Part shown: positions 41,046-52,402 of the stretch, piece by piece
How positions within the stretch are numbered: position 1 is the first letter of the stretch
Layout of the letters: each line of letters opens with the position of its first letter
Source of the DNA: an uncultured Acidobacteriota bacterium
GTDB taxonomy: Bacteria; Acidobacteriota; UBA6911
Length of the DNA: 64,000 nucleotides
Reading direction: 5' to 3'
Assembly: GCA_963843575.1 (NCBI GenBank)
Contig: CAWJKZ010000010.1
Location: forward strand, 416,001 to 480,000
Notes under the pieces: model-generated
What the model was told of the DNA's origin: nothing
Databases searched by the model: none
The model's input: the letters and a program-made list of their open reading frames with translations, nothing else
Translations under genes and position numbers: made by a program

Positions 41046-41780
41046 TTTGTACATGCAGCGCTGGGGGATATGGTGCACAGGCACCTGGGGGAACTTCCCC
41101 CTCAGGTGCTCCGCCAGCAGCTTCATGGAGTATTCCTCGGACACCGGGTGGTTGACGACGGCGACCGGGAATCCCGTGTCGATCGCGAAGGCGCCGTCGC
41201 GCCAGTTGGTGAAATCGTCGTCGGTGCAGATGGCCATGTCCGCCGCGAGCTTCTCGATGAAGTGGAACATCGGGGTGATCGCGCCCGTCCCCAGCACCAG
41301 GCGGCGGACAGCCTTGTCTCCCGGGCCGATCAGCTGGACCGCTGGCTGGCCCATGGGAGCGGTGCGGGCTGCGATCTGCCGGGCAATGTCGGCGGCCGTT
41401 CGGCCCTTGCCGTCGTAGACATAGTAGTAGCCGGACCCGTCGATCGGGCTGCCGAGTTCCAGCAGTTTACCCCAACCCGTCGGTATGCCGATCTCCGGGT
41501 ACTGGTCCCACACGTCGTGGCAACGGACGATCACGAGGCCGTTTTTCTCGATGAACTCCCGCTTTGCTTTCACCTGCGGAAAGCGGAATATGTCAGGATC
41601 GTTGTCCCTGTGGTTGTAATAGGTGGGCTCGTGCGTGACAAACAGGTTGCAGCCCAGTTCCAGCGCCTTCTTCAGCGCGCCGGTGTAGGACATCCACCCC
41701 ACCGCGATGCCCTTCACGACAGCCTCGGGCGCGCCGGACTTGAACGTGTCAACCGACGTCTTCCAGTCGACCCACCCGCC
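41046..41780 (-). pseudogene. Nif3-like dinuclear metal-centre protein, 5' end missing
   Basis: VDTFKSG, FVTHEPTYY, RCHDVWD, HPVSEE. Confidence 0.75.
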
Positions 41781-43014
41781 GGACCCGGCGCAGGCGGAGC
41801 TCGACGCCACCGTCCGGCTGCCCTCCGGCAAGACCATGACGGTCCCGGGCTTCTGGTTCCAGGACTACCGCCGCTCGCTGGCCAACCCCGAGGCCGAGGG
41901 CAGGGACCGCGTCGAGGTGCTCGCTCCGGCCGGCACCCCGGAATGGCGCGTGCGCTTCGCCACCCCGCGAATGCCGGCCGCCACACCGTCACCCTGGAAT
42001 TGCGGGAGCCGGCAGGGGTGCGCCGCAGCGCGGAACAGGCCGTCGCGGTACGCCCCGCCGCGCCCCGCGGCTGGGTGCGGGTCAGCCCGCGCAACCCCCG
42101 TTACCTCGAAGACGGCGCCGGCCACACCTTCTTTCCCCTCGGCCAGAACCTCTGCATGTACGAGCGCAAGGAGGGCACCTACTACTACGACCGGCTGCTG
42201 GGGAAGCTCTCCGCCGCGGGCGGCAACTACGCGCGGCTGTGGCAGGAATACTACGTGCCCAACGATCTTGCGAAGCCCGCCGCGGCGGGCGACGGCAGCT
42301 TCACCGGCTTCCCGCTCGAAACCACCGCCACCGGCCTGGGCCGCTACGATCTGGCCTCCGCGTGGCGCCTCGATTACGTGGCGGAGCTCTGCGAGCGCCC
42401 CGGCGTCTACTGGCAGCTCGCCTCCGAAATGGTGGTGTGGTGGGAGCCCCGCCTGGCCTACCGCTGGAAGCGCAACCCGTACAACGCCGCCAACGGCGGG
42501 CCGTGCGCCAGGCCGGTGGATTACTTCACCGACCCGCGCGCGCGCGAACTGGTGCGCCGCCGCCTGCGCTACAACGTGGCGCGCTGGGGCTGGGCCACCA
42601 GGCTCGCGGCCTGGGAGCTGTGGAACGAGGTGGATAACATGGAGGGCTTCGACCCCGCCGCCAACGCCGCCTGGCACCGCGAGATGGGCGCCTACCTGAA
42701 GCGCATCGATCCCTGGCGCCACCTGGTCACCTCGAGCTGGCGCGACCCGAAGATGTTCGCGCGCCCGGAGATCGACATCGTGCAGGCGCATTCCTACTTC
42801 GGCCCCCAGTACGACGCCGCCCAGTACACACTGCAGGACACCGACCACCTGATGCGGCCCTTCGGCAAGCCGTTCTTCTTCGGCGAGCAGGGCATCGAGG
42901 GGCCCGTCTCGGTGGACCCCGACGGCAAGCTTTGGCTACGGCATCGAACTGAAGCCGCCGGAATTCTGGGGGGACATCGCGGCCCGAATTATCCGCAAAG
43001 ATCTTCGGTGGTGA
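41780..43014 (+). pseudogene. DUF5060/GH5-like glycoside hydrolase with 5' and internal deletions and a frameshift
   Basis: VPGFWFQDY, WRVRFA, GGNYARLW, WELWNEVD, FFGEQG; short C-terminal piece PEFWGDIAARII in another frame. Confidence 0.7.
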
Positions 43015-43016
43015 TA

Positions 43017-43117
43017 TGGAGTGCGGCGGCTCGACGCCGCTTTGGTCCCGGCGCCTAGGCGCCGGGTATTCCGGCCATAGCAACTAAGCGAAAGCGGTGC
43101 CGAGGCACCGCACTCCA
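43017..43117. repeat. REP family A doublet
   Basis: Nearly identical to the copy at 48783-48882. Confidence 0.9.
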
Positions 43118-43177
43118 AAGAAGGCCCCCTGCCGGCCAGGATTCGGCAGGGGGCCCTATGCCGCGCACGACCTGGGG

Positions 43178-45250
43178 TTACCAGTCGACGCGGAGCGAAA
43201 GCTGGATGACCCGGCCGTCGTTGGCCTGGCGGCTCAGGTCCTGCATACCCGTGGTCGCATTCGGGTTGATGTCGTTCGGGTGATTGAACACGTTGAAGAA
43301 GTCCCCCTTGAGCCGGAAGACGACCGATTCCCCGATGCGGAAGTTTTTGTAGACACCGATATCGGTGTTCCACGCGCCGGGCCCCATTATGTTCGCCCTG
43401 GGGCTCCAGTTGTAGTTTTCACCGATGGCCGTCTGCCGGATGCTGCCCCATTGGCCAGCGTCTGGGCAATCTTGTTGTCGTAGGCGGAGCCGACCTGGCG
43501 CAGGACACGCTGCGACCGGTCGACAGGCACCAGGGCCAGCAGGTCGCCGCCCACCACGTTCGTCGCCGCGGTGGGATCGAAGTAGCCCCGGAACCAGAGC
43601 CTGTTCTGTTTGCCCGCCCAGGTGAACTCCGGCCGGCTGTCCGCATCGAGGCGCGGATCGCCGAAAGCGAACAGGCTGGTGTCGGGCTCAGCCAGAAGCC
43701 GCTGCGCCAATCGCCGTTGAAGGCAATCTGCCAGCCGCCCAACAGCGTCTGCACCACCGGGTGCGCGTCGCTCATGAAGCGCTTGCCCCTGCCGAAGGGC
43801 AATTCCACGTTGCCGTTGTACCGGATGTGGTGCGGCGGAACGGTCGTGGAGTTGAAGTAGACCAGGGCGAGCCGCTGATCGTAGGTGAGGTTCGGCGCGC
43901 CGATGATCTGGAGGTTCTCGGGAACCTGGCCGCCGCCGCCGGCCGAGTTGATGCTGGTGCCGCCGAGCACAGGTTGTCTCTACCCGAGAGCCTGTGATCG
44001 ATCTTGGTGGTGTAGTTGTCCGCGTTGGTTTTTCGCGGGGAAAACTTGGTGTAGTTATAATAGGTGACGTACGGGTTCGAGTCGTTGGTCGGCAGCGCCG
44101 TCATCTTCTGCATCTGCTTGGCGAAGGCGCTGATCCGGCTGGCCGGGATCTTGTTGTCCGGGAAAGGCTGCCCGTTGCCCGTTGGCGTCGGTCGTCAACG
44201 GATCGTAGATGTGGCGTTGTTGCCGTCGGAGTCGATGATGTTGCTCGGATCACCGTTCCACATGTCCGCCGTGGGCGTGTACGTGTAATACGGGAAGTAC
44301 GATTCCCGCTGCCGGGCGCCCTCGAACGCGAAAAACCAGAACGTCTTGTCGTGGCCGTCGTAGAGTTTACCCAGCCACACGGGGCCGCCTGCCGACGCGC
44401 CGAACTCGTTGCGGATCAATTTCGGCCAGTTGTAGTTCGGGACGTACTCGCGCCGTCTGGCCACCAGCCCGGCCGTGTTGTTGCGGTGCGTGCTCGAACG
44501 CGCTGCCGTGGAAGGTATTGGTGCCGCTGCGTGTCACCATCGTAACTGTCGCCGGTCGCGAGTAGCGGGCATCGGAACCAACGGTCTCGATGCGGAATTC
44601 CTGGACGACGTCGAGACCCGGCTGAATGCGCGCGATACCGCCGCCGAACCGGTCGACAAGAGAGATACCATCAAGCGTGATTTCCAGCGATCCAACCTTC
44701 ATGCCGTTGACTCGGGCGTTGCCGCCCCCCTCGACTCCCGGGGTCAGGTCGAACAGGTTGCTGATCGACCGCCCGTTCAGAGGGAGGTCACGGATCCGGG
44801 CGAAATCCTTGACGTTCGATATTTCGGTGCTGGCCGTGTTGATGGTGGGCGCCGCGCTGGTTACCTCGACGGTCGTGCTGATGTCGCCCACCTCCATGAC
44901 CGGATTCAGTTCCACTGCTGCCCGGCCATGACCGTGAAAGTGCCCGCCCACTTCTTAAACCCGGCCAGCTCGACGGTCATCCGGTAGGGGCCGAGGGGCA
45001 GAGCGGCGATCGTGAAGATACCCACCTCGTTGCTGACGCCTGTCCGCTCCACGTTCGTCAGCTCGTTTGTTACCTTGACTTCGGCGCCGGGGATAACGGC
45101 CTGTTTCGCATCCCGCACGGTTCCTGCGACCGTTCCGGCGCCGGTCTGGGCCCAACCTGCCTCAGAGAACAGGAGGGCCGCCGCCAGCAGAAAAAGCAGC
45201 GAAGCAACAGATACGATGCTCGATCTGTTTTTCAAGCAAGGGCTCATCAT
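43178..45250 (-). pseudogene. Oar-like TonB-dependent receptor with carboxypeptidase-regulatory-like N-domain; large internal deletion and frameshifts
   Basis: GTVRDAKQAVIPGA, LPLNGR, TRSGTNTFHGS, RNEFGASAGGP, FNVFNHPN, RVIQLSLRVDW. Only about 2.1 kb long. Confidence 0.85.
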
Positions 45251-45487
45251 CACTCACCTCATTGATCGAAAAGCGCGGATCGATCCAGCGCCAGGTTCGT
45301 TGGAAATCCGCCCCGATACAAAGTTCCGAGATCCGACTGCGACTGCCAGTTAGAGAAATAGAGATGTTAGTTTCTGTCCTATGGAAAGCAACTTAGCACC
45401 AGAATATTTTCAAAAGCAACAAAAACTCGCAGCTTGGTAACTTTTGGGCCGAGGAAGGTCTCCCTTGCGGACTGGGAATATCGCGCT

Positions 45488-47469
45488 CTACCGCTTCGAG
45501 CGGAGGCGTCGGAGGATTTCCTCCTCTTTTGACGCTTCGGGAAACCGGCCCTGCTTCCGGTAGATCTCCATGGCGGTTTCGTGTCCGGAGGCAAGGTCGG
45601 GTCGACCTTGAGGGCCTGTCGCACTGCGTCGAGTGCGCCGTCGAGGTCCCCACGCTTGAGCAGGAGCCTGGAGACCACGATCGAAACCAGCGTGTCTCTG
45701 GAATTCAGTGCCTGCGCCTTCCGGAACGCCGCGAGCGCGTCATCCCACCGGTCCACGGTGACGTAGCGACCGCCGAGGCTGAAGTAGGCGAGATAGTCGT
45801 TCGGGGATTGCGCCAGCAACTGCTTGAAGGTGCGCTCGGCCTCTTCGTACCGTCGGCCCGCGATATAGACCTCGGCCAGCCGCCGCAGCGCCAGATCGTA
45901 GCCTGGACGTAATTCCAGGGTTTTCAGGAATTCCCGCTCCGCCTGATCGAGGGCGCCGGTCACACGGCACACGACGCCGAGCTGGAAGTGCGCAACCAGG
46001 GATGCCGGGTCGCGTTGCAGGGCCTGGTTCAACAGTTTCGTCGCCCGAGCGTAATCTGCGCTCCGTGCGGCCAGCGTCCCGGCGTTGATGAGTTCATAAA
46101 GCTCGACCCGGTCCTTGGGGTCCGGAAGATTGCTACCCGGCATCGGGCCGGCGGCCTCCCTGCTGAAGGCCAGGTATCCGAGAGACGCCAGCTTTTCGAC
46201 GGTGGCAGGGTCGGCGTCCCGCGGCACGACGGCCGCCGCATTCCTGGCCGAATAGCGCGCGAGGTCCTGGCCGAGGAGCGTCTTCAGCTGGGACGCCATC
46301 GCGCGATTCGTCCCGCTGAGATCGCGTTTCTCGCCGGGGTCGGAAACCGTGTCGTACAGTTCCGGTTTCGGCGCCTCGATGTACTTGTACCGTCCCACCC
46401 GGATGCTCGACAGCGGGCTCCACTCGAAGTGGTAGAACGGGAGCATTATTTCCGCTTGCGCCGGCAACCCGGACAGGGAGCCCCTTCCCAGCAACGCGGA
46501 ATAGGCCCCTTTGCCCTGCACCTCCGGGGCGCGCACCTTTCCGGACAGGCCCAGGACCTGCAGCACCGTGGGGACCACGTCGATGGTGCGCAAGGGCCCG
46601 GCGAGCCGCTTTCCGCGCGGCGCGGTGGCTCCCGGCAGCTTGAATATCATCGGGACACGCAGCGTGGAGTCGTAAATAAAAAACCCGTGCGTCGACTCGC
46701 CGTGTTCTCCGAGGCTTTCGCCATGGTCGCCCAGCAGCACGATCATGCAGTTGTCGTACACCCCCATCCGCTTGAGGCCATCGACGACGCGCCCGACGTT
46801 TTCGTCCGTATAGGCGATCTCGCCGTCGTAGGGGCGGCCGGGGTACTGCCGGTCGTAGGGCGCCGGGGGCGTGTACGGGTCGTGTGGGTCGAACAGGTGG
46901 ACCCAGAGGAAGAAGGGTCCCTTTGGTTTTGTCTCCAGCCAGCGAAGCGTCTCCCTCGCCACCTCGTCGCCCCGCCGTTCTGCGACCACTTGCCAGTTTT
47001 GCTGCGGGACGGAGGGAAAGTTGTCGTAGTAGAAATCGAACCCCTGGTTGATTCCCCAGCGCGCTTCCAGGACGGCCGAGGCGACCACCGCGCCCGTACG
47101 ATATCCGGCGGACTTGAGCATGGTGGCGAGTGTGGTTCTCTCTTTGCTGAGGGTGAATCCGGTGAAGTCGCGTACCCCGTGAAACACCGGGTAAGTCCCG
47201 GTAAAGATGGAAGCGTGGGAAGGCAGGGTCAACGGGACGGGGGTGTACGCGTTCTCGACGAGGATCCCGTCGGCGGCAAGCTCGTTGATCCGAGGCGTTT
47301 TGATCGCCTTGTAGCCGTAGCACTCGAGGTGATCCGCCCGGAGGGTGTCGACGGTGATGATCACGAGGTTCGGCGGCTGGGCCGGCGCCTGCACGAGCCC
47401 GCCGGCGGCCGGCACAATCAGGAGCGACAGGGTCAAGACCGCTCCACAGCGAAAAAAGTGCTTCATCAT
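45488..47469 (-). CDS. Sulfatase-like hydrolase with C-terminal TPRs (frameshift near 45585)
   Basis: ITVDTLRADH, TLPSHASIFTG, HLFDPHDPY, DHGESLGEHGE, TPR helices. Confidence 0.88.
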
Positions 47470-47494
47470 TCCTTGATCGAATCGCCGGGCGTCT

Positions 47495-48718
47495 TCAGCC
47501 GATAGAAGCGATGCTGGGGACGGCGAAGGAACGGGCCAGAACCAGGGCGATGGACCCCACTAGGCTGGGCCGGCTTTCCAGCGTCGTGGGGCTCAGGGCC
47601 AGGTGGTCGAGATAAAACCTGGGGATCCGCTGCGACAGTTCCCGGATCATGATCGGGTAGACCGTCGCCCAAGCGCGGGTCACCGGGCCGCCCAACACGA
47701 TCACCTCCGGGTTCAGCGCGTAGATAATCGGGATGAGCCCCCTGCCCAGAAACGCTGCCTTCTCGTGCAGCGCCTGGACGGCCTCCCTGTCACCCTGCGA
47801 GGCGCGCGACAGAACGTCGTCGATCGTGCAGCCGCCGGCGTCTCCGGGCTGCGAGGCGCGCAGCTCCTCGTAGCGCCGCACGGTGGCGGGGTCGGACGCG
47901 TACGCCTCCAGGCATCCCCGGCCGCCGCAGCTGCAAGGGGGCCCGTCGGGGTGAAGCGGAATGTGGCCGAACTCCCCCGCCCCGTTCATCGAGCCGTGGT
48001 AGAACTGCCCGCGGATGATTATGCCCGACCCTATCCCCTCGCCGATATCGCAGAAGACCAGATTTCTCGGCGGACGGGCGTGTTTGCCGAACCAGATCTC
48101 GGCCAGGGCACCGAGCCACGCGCCGTTTTCAAAATAAAGGGGGATGTCCATTTCCAGCAGGCGTCGCAGCATGGAACCGACCGGGACATCGTCGCCCCAA
48201 CCGAGGCCTTCGCCGGCCAGCACCCTTCCCTCCACCGGGTCCACGAGCCCGACCAGCGACACCCCGATCCCCTCGGCCCCTTCCGCCCGGCACGACCGCA
48301 GCACCTCCTTGATCGCGCGCGCCACGGCCGCCATTGCGGCGTGCGGGTCGGGATCGGCCGGCAGATCGACGCACCGCTGGATCTTTCCCCGGAAATCGCT
48401 CAGGGCAACGGTGTAGCCGCTGGGACGCAGGTCCACCCCAATGGCACAGGCCTTCCGCGGATTGATGTGGAGATAGCGCTTCTTGCGCCCGCCCAGCGGC
48501 GACGACTCCCCCACGCCCTCCTCGTAAACGAAGTTGTCGGCCAGCAGCCGCGACACGATCTTCGAGACGGTGCTTCCCTCCAGCCCGATCAGTTCGGCGA
48601 TCTCGATGCGGGAGATCGGGTGTTTCTCCCGAATAACGTTCAACACCATGACTTCGTTGATGTCCCGCAGCACGCGGTGGTTCGCCGGGGCGAGATTGCC
48701 GATATCCATCTTTCTCAT
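47495..48718 (-). CDS. ROK-family transcriptional repressor
   Basis: N-terminal HTH (ISRIEIAE), GEFGH, CSCGGRGCLE. Confidence 0.93.
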   Translation of the reverse strand: MRKMDIGNLAPANHRVLRDINEVMVLNVIREKHPISRIEIAELIGLEGSTVSKIVSRLLADNFVYEEGVGESSPLGGRKKRYLHINPRKACAIGVDLRPSGYTVALSDFRGKIQRCVDLPADPDPHAAMAAVARAIKEVLRSCRAEGAEGIGVSLVGLVDPVEGRVLAGEGLGWGDDVPVGSMLRRLLEMDIPLYFENGAWLGALAEIWFGKHARPPRNLVFCDIGEGIGSGIIIRGQFYHGSMNGAGEFGHIPLHPDGPPCSCGGRGCLEAYASDPATVRRYEELRASQPGDAGGCTIDDVLSRASQGDREAVQALHEKAAFLGRGLIPIIYALNPEVIVLGGPVTRAWATVYPIMIRELSQRIPRFYLDHLALSPTTLESRPSLVGSIALVLARSFAVPSIASIG

Positions 48719-48782
48719 AGTGGCACCGGTTATATGATGACGGAATCTAACCCCCTGCCCGACACGAAGTCAAGGAGCGCTC

Positions 48783-48882
48783 TGGAGTGCGGCGGCTCGA
48801 CGCCGCTTTGGTCCCGGCGCCTAGGCGCCGGGTATTCCGGCCATAGGAACTAGGCGAAAGCGGCGTCGAGCCGCCGCACTCC
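48783..48882. repeat. REP family A doublet
   Basis: TGGAGTGCGGCGGCTCGACGCCGCTTT ... AAAGCGGCGTCGAGCCGCCGCACTCC. Confidence 0.9.
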
Positions 48883-48885
48883 GCA

Positions 48886-50418
48886 TTACCAGATGCGGAT
48901 CAGGGAGACGCCGTGCCGGGCGACTTTCGTTTCGAACTGATTCTCGAACACGCCCACATCGCGCTGCCGCCACAGGTCCCGGACGCGACGCCGGCCGGCG
49001 ACGCCCAGATCGGACCAGCGCGCCGTCACCGCGGCTTCGGTTTCGCCGCGATTGAAGAGGCCGACGGCCAGCGAGCCGTCTTCCAGGGACCTGGCCCACA
49101 CTTCACGAGTTCCCTCGCGGGCCACGCGCCGCCCCGGCTTGCCGAGCGGGTCTTGGTCGACCTCGATCACCTCGTCGTTGCAGAGCAGGCCGAGCGTGAA
49201 GTCGTCCAGCCGCGTGATGTCGCCGCTGAAGATCAGCGGCGCCGCTACCAGCGACCACAGCGACACGTGCGAATACTGTTCGTTCGGCGTTAGCGGCGTC
49301 GGGACGGTCTGCCCTTTCCAGTTGCTCAGGTAGCCCAGGAGCAGGTAATCGGGATCGTTCCAGCCTCCCGGCCCGCCGTATTTGTGGAGTTCCCTCTGCG
49401 CATAGACGTCGAAGCCGTCGCGGAAGAGCGCGGTTCCGATTTCTTCGAAGCTCCCCCCGAGATCTCCTGCGGTCCTCCAGCTGTGTCCCCCGACTTCTTT
49501 GCCCCACTCCCAGACATTCCCCATCCCGTACTGGCAGAGGTTGAGGATGATGTCCCGCGGCTGGCTCTTCAGGATGTCGCTGATCACCCGGTATGGCTTC
49601 TGCAGCGCGGCACGGTCGGGATTCTTCGCGATTTCCTTGTAGGAACACCAATCGTATTTCAGGAAATCGAATCCCCAGTCCACAAACTGTTCCACGTCCT
49701 GCCGCTCGTGCTGCCAGGCGGCGACGTGCCTGGCGCAGGTCAGCGGGCCGGGGGAGGTGTAGATGCCCGCTTTCAGCCCCTTCGCGTGGATATATGCGGT
49801 GAGCGCCTTCATGTCGGGGAAGCGGGGGTTGGCGTTCACGCGGCCGCGCGCGTCGCGCGGTTCCCCCTGCAGGGACGCGTCCGGCGATCCCGGCTTCACC
49901 GACCAGCAGTCGTCGATGTTTACGTACATGTAGCCGTGATCGATCATCCCGCTGGCGACCATGGCGTCGGCCGCGGCGCGCATGATCTCGTCCGTCACGT
50001 GATTCTCCCAGACGTACCAGCTGTTCCACCCCATGTGCGGGGTGAGCGCCAGCGTGTCGCCGCAGACGATCCGGAAGTCGCGCCGATCACGGCCGTGTCG
50101 GTTGGACGCCTGAAAGACCACCTTGTAGGTTCCGCGCGCGCCGAGTTTGCCGGTGATCTGGCCGGTGCTCCTGTTCACCGATAGCCCTTCAGGAAGTCCG
50201 TCCACCGCGAACTCCATCGGCCGCTCGCCCGCCGCCGGGATGGTAAACAGAAAGGGGGACCCGGGCCGAACGCCAAAAACCCTGGCGCCGTTTATCCTGG
50301 GCTGCGGCGCGGGTTTCGGGGTCAGGACGACCTTCTGTTCCGCAGGCACGCAATAAAGCGCAGTCAGCGAGCAGAGCATCAGGGCGATGCCGGAATATCG
50401 GACCAGTGAACGAGTCAT
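48886..50418 (-). CDS. GH27 alpha-galactosidase with N-terminal Ig-like (He_PIG) domain
   Basis: LTPHMGWNSW, NIDDCW, DFLKYDWC, SWRTAGD, WNDPDYL. GGAGG RBS. Confidence 0.93.
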   Translation of the reverse strand: MTRSLVRYSGIALMLCSLTALYCVPAEQKVVLTPKPAPQPRINGARVFGVRPGSPFLFTIPAAGERPMEFAVDGLPEGLSVNRSTGQITGKLGARGTYKVVFQASNRHGRDRRDFRIVCGDTLALTPHMGWNSWYVWENHVTDEIMRAAADAMVASGMIDHGYMYVNIDDCWSVKPGSPDASLQGEPRDARGRVNANPRFPDMKALTAYIHAKGLKAGIYTSPGPLTCARHVAAWQHERQDVEQFVDWGFDFLKYDWCSYKEIAKNPDRAALQKPYRVISDILKSQPRDIILNLCQYGMGNVWEWGKEVGGHSWRTAGDLGGSFEEIGTALFRDGFDVYAQRELHKYGGPGGWNDPDYLLLGYLSNWKGQTVPTPLTPNEQYSHVSLWSLVAAPLIFSGDITRLDDFTLGLLCNDEVIEVDQDPLGKPGRRVAREGTREVWARSLEDGSLAVGLFNRGETEAAVTARWSDLGVAGRRRVRDLWRQRDVGVFENQFETKVARHGVSLIRIW

Positions 50419-50456
50419 CTCCGCCTCCACGAGGAAGTCACATTTAGAGAGTTTTG

Positions 50457-50607
50457 TGGAGTGCGGCGGCTCGACGCCGCTTTGGGGTCGGCGCCTGGGC
50501 GCCGACCCGACAGCGGTGCCGAAGCACCGCACTCCATAGGTATGTCACCCGCCGGACATCTCGGCCGTTGATTTCAGCGTAAAGCGGCGCCCAGGCGCCG
50601 CACTCCA
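50457..50607. repeat. REP family A cluster (three arms)
   Basis: One GGAGTGCGG and two CCGCACTCCA ends. Confidence 0.85.
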
Positions 50608-50641
50608 TAAGAGGCCATGTTACAGCGAACCGGGCGGGACT

Positions 50642-50819
50642 ATGAACCGAAGATACTTTCTGAACAGGGTTTGTCGCGTCGCGCACGCGCCGCCGCCGGC
50701 GGATCGCCTTCGGCGGTATCGAGCGCCTGTCGAACAAGCACCGGGTCCCTACCGACCCGTTCGTCAAAGACCTGCAATGGAAGCCGTCCACAATCGTTTC
50801 CGCGCGCTCGACGCGGTAG
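50642..50819 (+). pseudogene. Collapsed remnant of a Tat-exported MlrC/M81-like peptidase
   Basis: MNRRYFL Tat-like start, then in a shifted frame RRRIAFGGI joined to IERLSNKHRVP..PFVKDLQWKP. Confidence 0.4.
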
Positions 50820-50872
50820 ACCGGTAAAGCAGACAAGAGTTCTCAACTGCGTCCGCCCTGCCCGTAAGACAA

Positions 50873-51052
50873 GTGGGTCCGGGCTTCAGCCCGGACGTCT
50901 TTTGATCTGATCTATGTGGCGACGGGCGCACGTTATAGCGACCGCAAACAGCGTCCGGGCTTGAAGCCCGGACCCACTTTTCTGTTGCATGCGGTGCACG
51001 CGTTCCCGTATAGCGCCGATCAAACTGCGTCCGGGCTGAAGCCCGGACCCAC
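50873..51052. repeat. REP family B cluster
   Basis: Three GTGGGTCCGGGCTTCAGCCCGGAC-type units; the last overlaps the 3' end of the MATE gene. Confidence 0.88.
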
Positions 51053-52402
51053 TTGATTTGTATGTGCGAAGGGGCGAGAGGCGGCGCGCGACCAGGCGAT
51101 AAGCAAGACGATGCCGGCGAGGATCATGGCCACGCTCAGGCCGACCCAGAGGCCGACGACGCCCCAGCCGAGCCGAAAGCAGAAGTACCAGGCGACCGGG
51201 ATGCCAACTCCCCAGTCGCAAAAGAGATGGGTGACCATCGCGGTGCGCGTGTCGCCAGTGCCGCGCAGCGCCCCGACCGTCACCCCCTGGATGCCGTCGA
51301 ACAGCTGAAAAACGGCAGCCATCATCAGCAGGACCGCGCCGAGGGCGATGACCTCCCTGTCGCCCGAGTAGAGTCGGACGATGGCGCGCGGCACCGACAG
51401 GAACACCAGTCCCGAGGCGGCCATGAAGGAAGCCCCGAGGGCCACAGCCGTCCAGCCTGCGCGGCCGGCGCCGCGCAGGTCCCGCCGTCCAAGCGCCTGC
51501 CCCACCCGTACTGCGGCCGCCGACGAGATACCGAGCGGCACCATGAACGTCAGGCTCGCCGTGTGCAGCGCGACCTGGTGGGCTGCGAGTGGAATCGCGC
51601 CGAGGGTTCCGGCCAGCGCCGTCGCTGCGCCAAAGACGCCGACCTCGAGGCTGATGTGCAGCGCGGCGGGAAGCCCCAGTCCGAGCAGGCGACGGAGCCG
51701 TGCCGGGTCCGGCCGAAGGGCGACGCGGGTAAGCCCCCACCGGTGCCGCCACTCGTGGTACAGGATGTAGGCGAGCAAGGAGCCTGCCATGTACGCTCGG
51801 GCGATGCACGTCGACCAACCCGAGCCTTCCACTCCCATGGCGGGAAATCCCAGGTGTCCATATATCAGTACCCAGTTGCCGAAGACATTGACGAGGTTCG
51901 CGCTGATCAGCGCAACGGCCACGGGCCGGACCAGGTTCATCCCTTGCAGATAACGACGGAAGGCGAAATACGCCATCAGCGGCGGCGCGCTCCAGAGGAT
52001 CGCGCGCAGATAAGGGCGCGCCAGCTGCAGGATCGCAGGCTCGACTCCCAGGGTACGCAGCGCGGGCAGAAGCGACCACACCAGGGTCATCATCAGGGGC
52101 GAGATCCCCAGGACCAGGTAGAGGCTGTTCAGCAGCGAGTGGTGGCAGTCGTCGACGTTGCCCGAACCGTAGGCCTGCGCGACCAGCGTGTCCAACCCCA
52201 GCAGCAGCCCGCTGCCGAACACGCCCACGACATAGAAAAGGACGTTCCCCAGGCTGGTGGCGCCGATCGCGTTGGTGCCATTCGGGAGCCGGCCCACCAT
52301 CATGGTGTCCACGATCCCCATCGTCACCCAGCCGATCTCAGCCAGCACCAACGGCGCCGCCAGCCGCAGCATCGGCCGGATTTCCGAACGGAACCCCTGC
52401 AT
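51020..52402 (-). CDS. MATE-family efflux transporter (NorM-like)
   Basis: MGIVDTMMVG, DTLVAQAYG, FQLFDGIQ, GALRGTGDT. Confidence 0.93.
   Translation of the reverse strand: MQGFRSEIRPMLRLAAPLVLAEIGWVTMGIVDTMMVGRLPNGTNAIGATSLGNVLFYVVGVFGSGLLLGLDTLVAQAYGSGNVDDCHHSLLNSLYLVLGISPLMMTLVWSLLPALRTLGVEPAILQLARPYLRAILWSAPPLMAYFAFRRYLQGMNLVRPVAVALISANLVNVFGNWVLIYGHLGFPAMGVEGSGWSTCIARAYMAGSLLAYILYHEWRHRWGLTRVALRPDPARLRRLLGLGLPAALHISLEVGVFGAATALAGTLGAIPLAAHQVALHTASLTFMVPLGISSAAAVRVGQALGRRDLRGAGRAGWTAVALGASFMAASGLVFLSVPRAIVRLYSGDREVIALGAVLLMMAAVFQLFDGIQGVTVGALRGTGDTRTAMVTHLFCDWGVGIPVAWYFCFRLGWGVVGLWVGLSVAMILAGIVLLIAWSRAASRPFAHTNQVGPGFSPDAV

Noticed and set aside
40005-41837. 610-aa ORF as a novel Nif3 fusion protein
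   Set aside because: It spans several deletion junctions, begins and ends in antisense sequence of other genes, and has no proper start. It is a chimera of fragments.
19500-47469. Programmed frameshifting or true pseudogenes in tdh, GH2, ADOP, MFS and the sulfatase
   Set aside because: Scattered single-base indels without slippery sites, in otherwise well-conserved genes, point to sequencing error.
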